Of a DNA stretch of 64,000 nt, positions 19,277 through 28,193 are shown piece by piece. Positions within the stretch are counted from its first letter, which is position 1. Each line of letters starts with the position of its first letter. The DNA lies in contig CP070758.1 of NCBI GenBank assembly GCA_020348925.1, forward strand, positions 1,258,469-1,322,468. The letters are read 5' to 3'. The notes beneath the pieces were generated by a model. The model was given only the letters and a program-made list of their open reading frames with translations, was not told where the DNA came from and made no database searches. This DNA comes from Gemmatimonadota bacterium (lineage in GTDB: Bacteria; JBHIER01; G020348925). Both the position numbers and the translations under genes were made by a program.

Positions 19277-19465
19277 TCAGCACCTCTATCGTTGGATAAA
19301 AGCACCGCAGGGCGGTTTGACAGGTACTCCTGATAGCCCCTATCGGTGGGCCAATTCTGTAAACACGAATGCGTCATGCTTACAGTCCACCATCTTCATT
19401 ATAGTTGATACATTAGCTGTAATGAGCAGTGTGCCTCTACTCACTAATGTATTCTTAGGGCGCAC

Positions 19466-20314
19466 TTAATCCCTGACACAGCGAACCGAAAACCCATCTT
19501 GCTTACTGAGGTGAAGACGGGAGACGCTTGAACTGTCGTAACGCAGGGCCCGGCTCCACGCGTTGTAATTATCGAGCTCCGTAGATGAGTTAAAGAGGGC
19601 GGTGTTGCCCATACCGCTGAAGTTGCCACCTCCGCCGCGGGTACCGCCAGGCAACGCGGTAAAACCGCTTTCGTTGGTGGCTCCAGTGTTAGGGCTTTGC
19701 CAGTGCAATGTTCCACTTTCTTTCATTTTACCACCGGCAACAGAATCACCACCAAGATAGTCAATTAACGTTTGCCACTCATCATCACTAGGCATATGCC
19801 AGCCTTCAGGTGCCAAGCCTCTCGAATCATTTACTGCACTCCAGTTATACAGCAGTCCATAGGTGGCAATGTTATTCTCATCATTATCATAACTGGTGGC
19901 ATAGCTTATATAATCGCCATTGCGGTAGTGGGTGACTTTCAGATTCTCAGCCATCCATACTTGTGTACCAATGGTTATGGTTTGGTACACATTTCCATCG
20001 ATGTCGGTAACAGTCGTGCTGGGACAGGAATCAATACCCAGAGTAATATTTGCGATTTTCACTATATCAAATAAGTCTACAGTACCATCACCATTGCAGT
20101 TTCCTACAGAGGCATTACAGTCAGCTCTCCAAAATTCATCATTATCAGGCGTTTGAGTGCCTAAAACAATATTAACCGTTTCTAAAATATCCAATAGGTC
20201 TACCGTTCCGTCATTATTAACATCACCTTTTTCACCTTCATACGGTTGAGCTAACAGAGTAATGGGAAGATAAACCAAAAGGGCTATCACTAATATAATT
20301 GATCTGTATATCAT
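19466..20314 (-). CDS. Secreted protein: dockerin plus FISUMP (Fibrobacter major paralogous domain)
   Basis: Signal peptide, KGDVNNDGTVDLLD..CNGDGTVDLFD, then VTDIDGNVYQTITIGTQVWMAENL, YGLLYNW, GWHMPSDDEW and GFSVRCVRD. Confidence 0.9.
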   Translation of the reverse strand: MIYRSIILVIALLVYLPITLLAQPYEGEKGDVNNDGTVDLLDILETVNIVLGTQTPDNDEFWRADCNASVGNCNGDGTVDLFDIVKIANITLGIDSCPSTTVTDIDGNVYQTITIGTQVWMAENLKVTHYRNGDYISYATSYDNDENNIATYGLLYNWSAVNDSRGLAPEGWHMPSDDEWQTLIDYLGGDSVAGGKMKESGTLHWQSPNTGATNESGFTALPGGTRGGGGNFSGMGNTALFNSSTELDNYNAWSRALRYDSSSVSRLHLSKQDGFSVRCVRD

Positions 20315-20544
20315 TGGCGCACCTCATGGTTCGAGTGTTATCATTATATACCAACTGGATGATGAATCGAGGTGTGTTGCTCAACAAATCAATAATAGGA
20401 ATTTCGGGGGTGATTGTCAAGGACTTTTAATGGTTTTAACAGGGTTTCCGAATATACGAATGACGCTTCGTGATGTCAAGGGTTTCATCAAACTTCAAGG
20501 TGGGATGTGGAGAGGACCACTACATGTATGACCGGGCTGGTAAA

Positions 20545-20629
20545 ATCAAAAGTGAATACTATCAAAGATAACAAACGCTGTCGGATTTTGAACGATGCAA
20601 TTTGATTTCACCAAAAATGACGGAAATCA
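20545..20629 (-). repeat. ~85-bp conserved element, copy 4
   Basis: Minus strand TGATTTCCGTCATTTTTGGTGAAA..ATCGTTCAAAATCCGACA..TCTTTGATAGTATTCACTTTTGA. Starts at the stop of the 20627 gene. Confidence 0.75.
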
Positions 20630-23600
20630 CTTTAGCAGCAACATCCGTCTTGTCTCAAAAAATTCGGCAGCTTTCATTTGGCAAAAATAGATACCACTTG
20701 CTACATTACTACCATTCCAATTGACTACGTGGTAGCCTGCCTCGATATCGGAGTCAATCAGCACGTTAATCATCTGACCTAAGATGTTATAGATGCTGAT
20801 TGTTACTTTGGAGTTCCTGGGTAGGCTAAACTTAATTTCCGTCTCCGGATTAAAGGGATTTGGATAGTTCTGATACAAGGCAAAAGTCCTCGGGACCTGA
20901 GATACAACGCCATCCTGAATTCCTGTTGGAAATGTTATAATAATATTCCATAGAATCCATATCGTTTGATGGGTGTCGGAAACTTCCAACTCAATGGAAT
21001 GCGCTCCTACCGACAATTCCGTCGTCCCGATGCGGAGAATATGTTCTAATGCTCCCTCTATCATGATGCCATCGAGGAACCATGTATACGATAGGACATC
21101 ATCATTCAAGTCATACGCGCTCACTTCGAAAAGGAGGCTATCTCCCTGGACAAACGACAAGGTATCGCGTGTATCCGGAATGGTCAATAATATTTGAGGA
21201 GGCTGATTCTCTCCCAGAACCAGTCGGAATACTCCTTCCCCCCAGGTGGCAGCATAGATGACATTGCCGTCGGAAGAGATGGCCAGCTCGTTGATAGTTC
21301 GCATGGTGAGACCCTCATTGGCCATCAGCCAAGTGTTTCCTCCATCACTGGAGACGTAAAATCCCGAATGGAAATCCGCCGCATACATTGTCTGAGAGTC
21401 TGTTGGATCAAAGACGATGTCCCGGATCGATGTCCAGGGTACGGAGGTGTATTCCCCTCCCAGGGGGATATCCGGTGCCGGTCCAAGAGACACTTTTAGA
21501 TCAGTTCGACCAACGGGAAGCAAATACGACGGACACTCAATTTTCAATCCCGTATTCATCACATTCCATTGGTTGCCGCCGTCCGTACTCTTGAAGATAC
21601 CGGTACCGTCTCCCATACCGGCGAAAATCACCTGCGGATTGTCCGGATTGATGGCCAGTGAGCGAACATCGAGAAGCGGAGAGGCAAGACCGTTGTTTTT
21701 CGGCACCCAGCTCCCTCCACCGTCCGTGGTCTTAAAAACACCGTCACGCCACGTACCGATGTAGACGATGTCAGGATTTGTCGGATGGATATCGATGGTG
21801 TTGATGTTGAGATAGGCTGTATTCAGACCAGTATTGATTTCAAACCAGTTATCCCCACCATCCGTTGACTTGTACATCCCGTAACTCTTTCTGAGCGTCG
21901 GGAAGGTACCGTCAATAATACCCCGTGATGCAGCCATCCCGGCATATACGGTATCAGGATTGGAAGGGGCATAGGCGATTACTTTGAATCCATCATAGCA
22001 CATTTGCTCACGGGGCTGAAGTATGCAACTGTAACCGGCATCCGGATGGTCAAAAACCTTTTTCCAGTTTCCTCCGCCATTTGTACTCTTAAGGATAACC
22101 CCTTCTTGTTCATCTGAAATGAGCAATTCCTGCGGCTCATTTGGGTTTATTGCGACGGCATACCATTCAGGATAGGATGCAGGACTGTATGACATGCCTT
22201 CCCAGTTACTGCCTCCGTTGAAGCTCCGGAAAGGTCCACTCCGGCCGATTGCATAAACGATGGCTGGATTAGAGGGATGGACCTCAATATCAATCATCTT
22301 GGCTCCCGTGTATCCCCTGCTGGCATCTACCCACGTTGAGCCGCCATCGACCGACTTGAAATTGCCACCCTGATAATTGTTGATGAAGATCGTCATCGGA
22401 TCATTGGGGTGCACGACTGCACCGATGGGAACCCCGGCCCTTACTCCGGGCGGTCCCCAGTTGTTTTCGTTCTCCTTTCGGAACTTCTTCCAGGTATCGC
22501 CCCCATTATCGCTCCTGTATACAAAGGATGCACTTCCAGCATAGATAACGTTCGGATTGGAAGGGCTGAACGTTACTATCGTAAAAATATCGTCCGCCAG
22601 TACTTTCGACCAGTTCTGACCGCCATTTGTGGTTCGAAAGACACCTCCGTTGCCCCACGTGTTGTTTCCGGAGGCAGCGAAGAGTATCTGGGGATTGGTG
22701 GGATGCATCTCCAAAAAGCCTGTGAACAGGTACCCCAAGCTATCCGGTATACCATTATTTATCTGGAACCAGTTGTCACCCCCATCGGTTGACTTTAGAA
22801 TACCTACACCGGCTCCTTTGTAAGATTGATCCTCCCAAGCCTCCCTGTCAAAGATACCGGTCGATGCGTACATGATCTGTGGATCCAAATAGTCAAAAAG
22901 GACGAATCTGACGAGACTCTCATCAAACCAGACGCTGGACCAATTTTCCCCCTTATCAGTTGTCTTATAGATTTTCCCCCGTACCTGGCCGAAGGCCTTT
23001 CCCCAGCGCCCTGTATTGATCTCTGCGCCAGCAAATACGATGTTTGAATTTGATGGATGAACACCAAAGCCGCGGAAGGAAATTTCGTTTCCCTCGGTAA
23101 CACCGTCATCCTTTTTTACCCAGCTTTCACCGCCATCAGTCGACCTGTAAATACCCTTGGCGTTTTGGGTTCCCGCCCAGATGTTGTTTGGATTGCTGGG
23201 ATCGATGGTCAGGGAGAAGATGGGAATCTCATCCATTGAGGAGCCCGTTCGGGTTACGATGTCTGTGTTTCGTTGAATCCAGTTCTCACCACCATCGTAG
23301 CTCTTGTTGACACCGCTGGGATTATCCGTCACAAACATGATATCGCTGTCGGTTGGATGGATGCGGACGTCGTAGCCCAATCCTCCGCTCGGTCCTCCCG
23401 TACGATACCAGTGATACCCCAAGGCCGCCGGGGTGACCGGCCCGTACACAGAGATGTCGTCGATGTAAACTTGAGAATCGTCCAGTGTTTCATAGGCAAA
23501 GCCACCGGATAGGATCGGTCTGCCCTCCGTGTCGACCACTTCCGCCTGGAGCTGCTCATCGATGTATACCTGAATGTTTGGTCCGACAACTTGGATGGCA

Positions 23601-24091
23601 ATAGTGTACCACATTTCAGGACTGAACTCAATATCCATGGCGTAGAGATCATAGAAATTCTGGTCCATTTGTTTTTTTACATATAACCGCCCGGCTTTCA
23701 AGCCGAGATAATACCTGAACATCACCCATTGGGTTTCCGAAACGTTCTGCATCGAATAGCGGAAATTGATATGAAGTGTTCCCTCGGTGATTTTAACATC
23801 CTGGACGATTTCATAGTCGGCCCAGCCTTCCACCATCGGTATGGCCCAAGTCCGGCTCATGCCGCTGAGAATACCTCCCCGACCCATCTCCTCGGTGACA
23901 AACCATCCCTCCCTCAAATCCCATCGGTCAAGAATCTGCTCTTCAAAATTCTCCTGGAAGAGTAACTCCCATTCCCTCTGGGCTTCGACCGTCGAAGAAA
24001 GGAGAAATCCCCAAACAAGCACCCACACCAAGGGGAAAAGAACAAGAGAACAACCAAAAAATTTCCTGCCCTGCACATTTCGTGTTTTCAT
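20627..24091 (-). CDS. Large secreted protein: ConA/LamG-like domain, BNR/VPS10-like Asp-box propellers, Ig-like domain and T9SS-type C-terminal sorting domain
   Basis: Many (K/R)STDGGxxW Asp-boxes. C-terminus LYQNYPNPFNPET..IYNILGQ..SGIYF..RRMLLLK. GGAGGA RBS before the ATG at 24091. Confidence 0.88.
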   Translation of the reverse strand: MKTRNVQGRKFFGCSLVLFPLVWVLVWGFLLSSTVEAQREWELLFQENFEEQILDRWDLREGWFVTEEMGRGGILSGMSRTWAIPMVEGWADYEIVQDVKITEGTLHINFRYSMQNVSETQWVMFRYYLGLKAGRLYVKKQMDQNFYDLYAMDIEFSPEMWYTIAIQVVGPNIQVYIDEQLQAEVVDTEGRPILSGGFAYETLDDSQVYIDDISVYGPVTPAALGYHWYRTGGPSGGLGYDVRIHPTDSDIMFVTDNPSGVNKSYDGGENWIQRNTDIVTRTGSSMDEIPIFSLTIDPSNPNNIWAGTQNAKGIYRSTDGGESWVKKDDGVTEGNEISFRGFGVHPSNSNIVFAGAEINTGRWGKAFGQVRGKIYKTTDKGENWSSVWFDESLVRFVLFDYLDPQIMYASTGIFDREAWEDQSYKGAGVGILKSTDGGDNWFQINNGIPDSLGYLFTGFLEMHPTNPQILFAASGNNTWGNGGVFRTTNGGQNWSKVLADDIFTIVTFSPSNPNVIYAGSASFVYRSDNGGDTWKKFRKENENNWGPPGVRAGVPIGAVVHPNDPMTIFINNYQGGNFKSVDGGSTWVDASRGYTGAKMIDIEVHPSNPAIVYAIGRSGPFRSFNGGSNWEGMSYSPASYPEWYAVAINPNEPQELLISDEQEGVILKSTNGGGNWKKVFDHPDAGYSCILQPREQMCYDGFKVIAYAPSNPDTVYAGMAASRGIIDGTFPTLRKSYGMYKSTDGGDNWFEINTGLNTAYLNINTIDIHPTNPDIVYIGTWRDGVFKTTDGGGSWVPKNNGLASPLLDVRSLAINPDNPQVIFAGMGDGTGIFKSTDGGNQWNVMNTGLKIECPSYLLPVGRTDLKVSLGPAPDIPLGGEYTSVPWTSIRDIVFDPTDSQTMYAADFHSGFYVSSDGGNTWLMANEGLTMRTINELAISSDGNVIYAATWGEGVFRLVLGENQPPQILLTIPDTRDTLSFVQGDSLLFEVSAYDLNDDVLSYTWFLDGIMIEGALEHILRIGTTELSVGAHSIELEVSDTHQTIWILWNIIITFPTGIQDGVVSQVPRTFALYQNYPNPFNPETEIKFSLPRNSKVTISIYNILGQMINVLIDSDIEAGYHVVNWNGSNVASGIYFCQMKAAEFFETRRMLLLK

Positions 24092-24176
24092 GATGACTCC
24101 TCCAATCGATAGGGGTAAAAGGGAACAATCGGTGCATCGGTCACACCGCATCACAGCCGCCAAAGTGCAACGCAAG

Positions 24177-25445
24177 TTACCTCAGGAGCACCATTCTCCT
24201 GGTATCAGAATAGGGGCCGGATTCGATTCTATACAGATAGACACCGCTGACGACCTGACTCCCAGCACTATTCCTCCCATCCCATGTAACAGTGTAATAT
24301 CCTGGCTGTTGAACCTCATCCACCAATGTCCGCACCTCCTGCCCGAGGATGTTGTAGATTTTCAGGGTTGTGTGAACAGGGGATCCACTCTCCCCAATCC
24401 CGTCCCGGGATCGGGACGGGGCCGGAATCTGGTATCTGATATCTGTTTTTGGATTAAAGGGATTTGGATAGTTCTGCGACAATGAGTAAGAGCTGGGCAT
24501 GAGGGAAGCGGCCACATCCTCTTCCTCCACCTTCACACCCTTTGTTATTTTAAACCGAAAATCCCATCCGACCCCGGCAGTATAGGTTGTCATATAATAA
24601 CCGACCAATTCAAAGTCTTTGTAGGCATACAGGCTGAATTCATAATGTTCATTGTCACTGCTTTCTTCAAGACTTGCGGAGTATGACGATGAGGAAACAT
24701 CCGCCCCCAAGGCCAGCTCAATAAGCCCGTACCCGCTTGGATGATCCGAATCCCGGTATTTATAAATTGAGATCTGATACCTCGTCGCAGAGGGAATCGA
24801 ATCCCACGAAAAGGTTACAGGACTCAAATACGCTGGATATGGCTCTCCCATTGAAAATTCCGTACTGTTGTTATCCCAGGGTTGCGTTACATGCATGATC
24901 TGTTGCAGCCTGATGTCATAATTTCTTCTCTCTGATTCTGAGAGAAGCGAAAGGTCTACTATTATCCAAGTGCGGTAGTTACCCGGGAGCGAATCTTCTG
25001 ATCCTGTGGTATGAAAAGAAATTGATATACCAATTTCCTTTGAGGGCAGGTTACTGAATGTGTAGTTACCGTTTGCGGAATTATAGGTTGTTGTCGCATC
25101 AGGATATTCCATTCCGGTTACTTCATCCCTGAACCAAAAAGAGGGCTGAACACTCGTCAGAGTCGACATAGGCGTTCCGGCGAAATGGAGTTGGCCCTCC
25201 AGGGTCAACTGAGACTCACTTGAATTTCCCTTTCTAACGACTGTGAATGTTGCGATTTTCATTGCATGTCTATCAGTCGAAGAATTGATTTCCCCCTTCG
25301 TCATTTCGGTTTCATAGCGGCCTAATTCTGTACCATCTCGAGTGCTAGCACTGGAACTCTCTGATTTTTTCTCCTGGGCATATAAAAAAGTCTGTACCAG
25401 AAGCAAAAGGACAATCCCTGCTATCCATAGTATCCTTCTTAACAT
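24177..25445 (-). CDS. Secreted protein with an FN3-like domain and a FlgD-Ig/T9SS-type C-terminal domain
   Basis: Signal peptide, TFSWDSIPSATRYQI and LSQNYPNPFNP..WDGRN..SGVYLY..RRMVLLR. Confidence 0.82.
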   Translation of the reverse strand: MLRRILWIAGIVLLLLVQTFLYAQEKKSESSSASTRDGTELGRYETEMTKGEINSSTDRHAMKIATFTVVRKGNSSESQLTLEGQLHFAGTPMSTLTSVQPSFWFRDEVTGMEYPDATTTYNSANGNYTFSNLPSKEIGISISFHTTGSEDSLPGNYRTWIIVDLSLLSESERRNYDIRLQQIMHVTQPWDNNSTEFSMGEPYPAYLSPVTFSWDSIPSATRYQISIYKYRDSDHPSGYGLIELALGADVSSSSYSASLEESSDNEHYEFSLYAYKDFELVGYYMTTYTAGVGWDFRFKITKGVKVEEEDVAASLMPSSYSLSQNYPNPFNPKTDIRYQIPAPSRSRDGIGESGSPVHTTLKIYNILGQEVRTLVDEVQQPGYYTVTWDGRNSAGSQVVSGVYLYRIESGPYSDTRRMVLLR

Positions 25446-25514
25446 AGCCCACCTCCTATTTTATAGTAGCGAAAGAGGGAGTAATTGCACTTATAAAATA
25501 TTATTGCAACGCTT

Positions 25515-25599
25515 TACTAAAGTGATGAAAATCAAAGATATTTTTAAGTGTCAGATTTTGAACAATATTGATAAAGTACCCCAAATATTTCAATAATCA
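25515..25599 (-). repeat. ~85-bp conserved element, copy 5
   Basis: Minus strand TGATTATTGAAATATTTGGGG..ATTGTTCAAAATCTGACA..TCTTTGATTTTCATCACTTTAG. Confidence 0.68.
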
Positions 25600-25673
25600 A
25601 GGTTCATATTCACCAATTCCTAGATTGTATTGAATAGTGTGCCTCTGCTCACTAATGTATACTCTGGGCATAA

Positions 25674-27479
25674 TCAATCCTTCACACACCGAACCGATAA
25701 CCCAGTTCGCTTATCGCTGCTGCCACCGCGGAAGACCATTGAATTAAAGTAACCCAGGGACCGGGACCAACCTTGATAACTATTGCTATCTGTCGAACAC
25801 CAGAAGGCGGCGAAGCTGCCCATAACAGCGAACTTCCCATCCCAGTGGCGGCTGCCACCAGGCAACGCGGAAAAACCGCTTTCGTTTGTGGCTCCGGTGT
25901 TAGGATCCTCCCAATGCGCTGTACCGGTTTCTTTCAGTTTGCCACCTTCATCTGTCCCACGCAATCCAGCAGCATCAGCTTCCTCCTGGCTCATACCCAA
26001 ATACATTTCCAGTTGCTTCCACTCATCATCACTGGGTACATGCCAACCACCGGGAGCAATATTTCCACTGTCGTTTACTGCATACCAGTTGTACAATCGC
26101 CCATATGTGGTTGCATTATTAGAATTGTTTTCATAATTGCAGTACGCCCCGGTTGACAGATTGCTCCAATCTGTGGAATCTGTGATTATGGGTATTGTCG
26201 CACCATTGCGGAAGCGGGTTACTTTCAGGTTCTCGGCCATCCATACTTGTGTACCAATAGTTACGGTTTGATATACATTTCCGTCTATGTCGGTTACGGT
26301 ATTGCCGCCTGTTGATATGGTGAAAGTTGAAATATTTGACCAGTAACCCCAATTGCCATGGTGTCCCTTAGCACGGACCTTCCAGTGATAAGTGTCGTTT
26401 GAAAGTGAAATGGGAGACAGATATATCGATTCTTCGAGATCACTTTGGTGGATTTCTGGATTGCTGCTAAAATCGTTGGTGTTGTCTACAATTAGCTCGT
26501 ACGCAATAGCGCCCACAATGTCATCCCATTCAAAGATGGGATTTATGTCACTTATTGTGCTCTCATTGGATGGTAAGATTAACTCAGGAGTTTTCGGTAC
26601 TGGAAATGTGACTATAATGCTACCAACAAGATCTCCATCAGGGCTACTCATTATGTGATAAACATCATAGTGATCAGGTTCTTCCCAGCCTGAAATCTCT
26701 CCCCATACATCACTTATTGTGCCTGCATAGTCTGAGATAGCACTTCCGAATGTTCCAACTCCTGCTAATTCCATTATGAAGAGATATATTTCGCTCTGAG
26801 CGTCAATTTCTTCCTTGGTGAATCTTCCTATCTCTATCCAGTTCTCACTATTTTCAGCATGTTCGATAAAATTTTGAATGGCTTGACCTTCATCAGACGA
26901 GTTTTCGATCACGCTAAATTCCGGTTCACAGGAAGTGTTCAATGAACAAACAGCAATATCGTGTGTGCTATTATGGGAATATATTTTTAAAGAGGCTTTG
27001 TAGTTAACGCTTTCATCTTCAACGATGAATACCTCGCAATCATCATAATCCCAAAACCATACATGCAAATCAGGAACCGGATCACCGCCAAGGTTTCTAA
27101 CGCGAACTTCAACTTGTTCGTCGGTAGAATTATCTGTAAAGTGTACTATCCCATCTTGGTCTGTGGTTCCTTCTTTGATTAACTTGCGACACTCATCATT
27201 CCCAAGAATGATATTTGCAATTTTCACTATATCAAGCAAGTCAACATTTCCATCTCCATTACAATTGCCCATTGATGCATTACAATCAGCTCTCCAAAAT
27301 TCATTGTTGTCAGGCGTTTTAGTTCCTAAAACAATGTTAACCGTTTCTAAAATATCCAAAAGGTCTACCGTTCCGTCATTATTAACATCACCTTTTTCGC
27401 CCTCGTACGGCTGAGCCAAGAGATTAATGGGGAGGCATACTAAAAGGGCAAATACGAGTACTATTGATTTGAAGATCAT
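25674..27479 (-). CDS. Secreted protein: dockerin, central region, FN3-like domain and FISUMP domain
   Basis: Signal and dockerin nearly identical to the 19466-20314 gene. PELILPSN..PIFEWD..YHWKVRAK FN3-like segment. FISUMP motifs end in GLSVRCVKD. Confidence 0.9.
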   Translation of the reverse strand: MIFKSIVLVFALLVCLPINLLAQPYEGEKGDVNNDGTVDLLDILETVNIVLGTKTPDNNEFWRADCNASMGNCNGDGNVDLLDIVKIANIILGNDECRKLIKEGTTDQDGIVHFTDNSTDEQVEVRVRNLGGDPVPDLHVWFWDYDDCEVFIVEDESVNYKASLKIYSHNSTHDIAVCSLNTSCEPEFSVIENSSDEGQAIQNFIEHAENSENWIEIGRFTKEEIDAQSEIYLFIMELAGVGTFGSAISDYAGTISDVWGEISGWEEPDHYDVYHIMSSPDGDLVGSIIVTFPVPKTPELILPSNESTISDINPIFEWDDIVGAIAYELIVDNTNDFSSNPEIHQSDLEESIYLSPISLSNDTYHWKVRAKGHHGNWGYWSNISTFTISTGGNTVTDIDGNVYQTVTIGTQVWMAENLKVTRFRNGATIPIITDSTDWSNLSTGAYCNYENNSNNATTYGRLYNWYAVNDSGNIAPGGWHVPSDDEWKQLEMYLGMSQEEADAAGLRGTDEGGKLKETGTAHWEDPNTGATNESGFSALPGGSRHWDGKFAVMGSFAAFWCSTDSNSYQGWSRSLGYFNSMVFRGGSSDKRTGLSVRCVKD

Positions 27480-27586
27480 TGGCACACCTCAACAAGTAAG
27501 AAATTTAATATTAGACAAAGAAGCCTGTACACAATCAAGAATAGTATAATTTCAGGAGTATGTCAAGGGGAAATAATAGCCCTACC

Positions 27587-27750
27587 AAAATTGTGACCAA
27601 TTTGTGACCATAACGATGTGAAAACATCGGAAAAGATGGGAAAAGACAAGAAAAGCAAATCCAAATTAAATCATTATGATTCTCTGTAGTTACATGAATC
27701 ACTTGGATTTATCGGAATCGTCTTTTTCGGATATCTTATCCGAGGCGATT
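27587..27750 (+). mobile_element. Third att-like remnant (arm repeats followed by a symmetric core)
   Basis: TTGTGACCAATTTGTGACCA (27591-27610), then ATCGTCT..TCGGATA-TCT-TATCCGA (about 27718-27744). The core is shared with 12012-12034. Confidence 0.55.
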
Positions 27751-28193
27751 AATTCAAAAATTTTACTGCTTATAGAAATGATATATTTTGATCATCAGGC
27801 CAAAGAACCTCTTTATTCTGGGGCAGAGGCCCAATAAAATTCTGCATTGGGATGTGCATCCCAGGATTATCTCATGAGATATTGTTGACTTCCTCAAGTA
27901 TTCTACTCGAGATGCGTTCTCGAGGTATACATGAATCCCCATCAATTTCAATGAATTCGCCTCAAGCCTCTTTTACAATATTTTCCTTGACAAACAATAA
28001 TAATAGCGCTTATTTAGTAAAGATATAGAAAAATCACCTTTTATAAATAGGGAGGTGATGTATATCCGATCTTTGTCAATGCTTACACCTTTTTTGTTCA
28101 CTTTACAGGATTTATCTTTGGGATTGTGTGCAGAACAAAACAATCCGGGAGAATTTTATCGTCACAATAATTCCTTCAATCAGGAGGTGTCTC

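Noticed and set aside
17046-25599. CRISPR array or integron attC sites as an explanation of the ~85-bp element
   Set aside because: Copies are dispersed and divergent with no regular repeat-spacer pattern and no cas genes. They lack the RYYYAAC..GTTRRRY ends and long palindrome of attC, and no intI is present.
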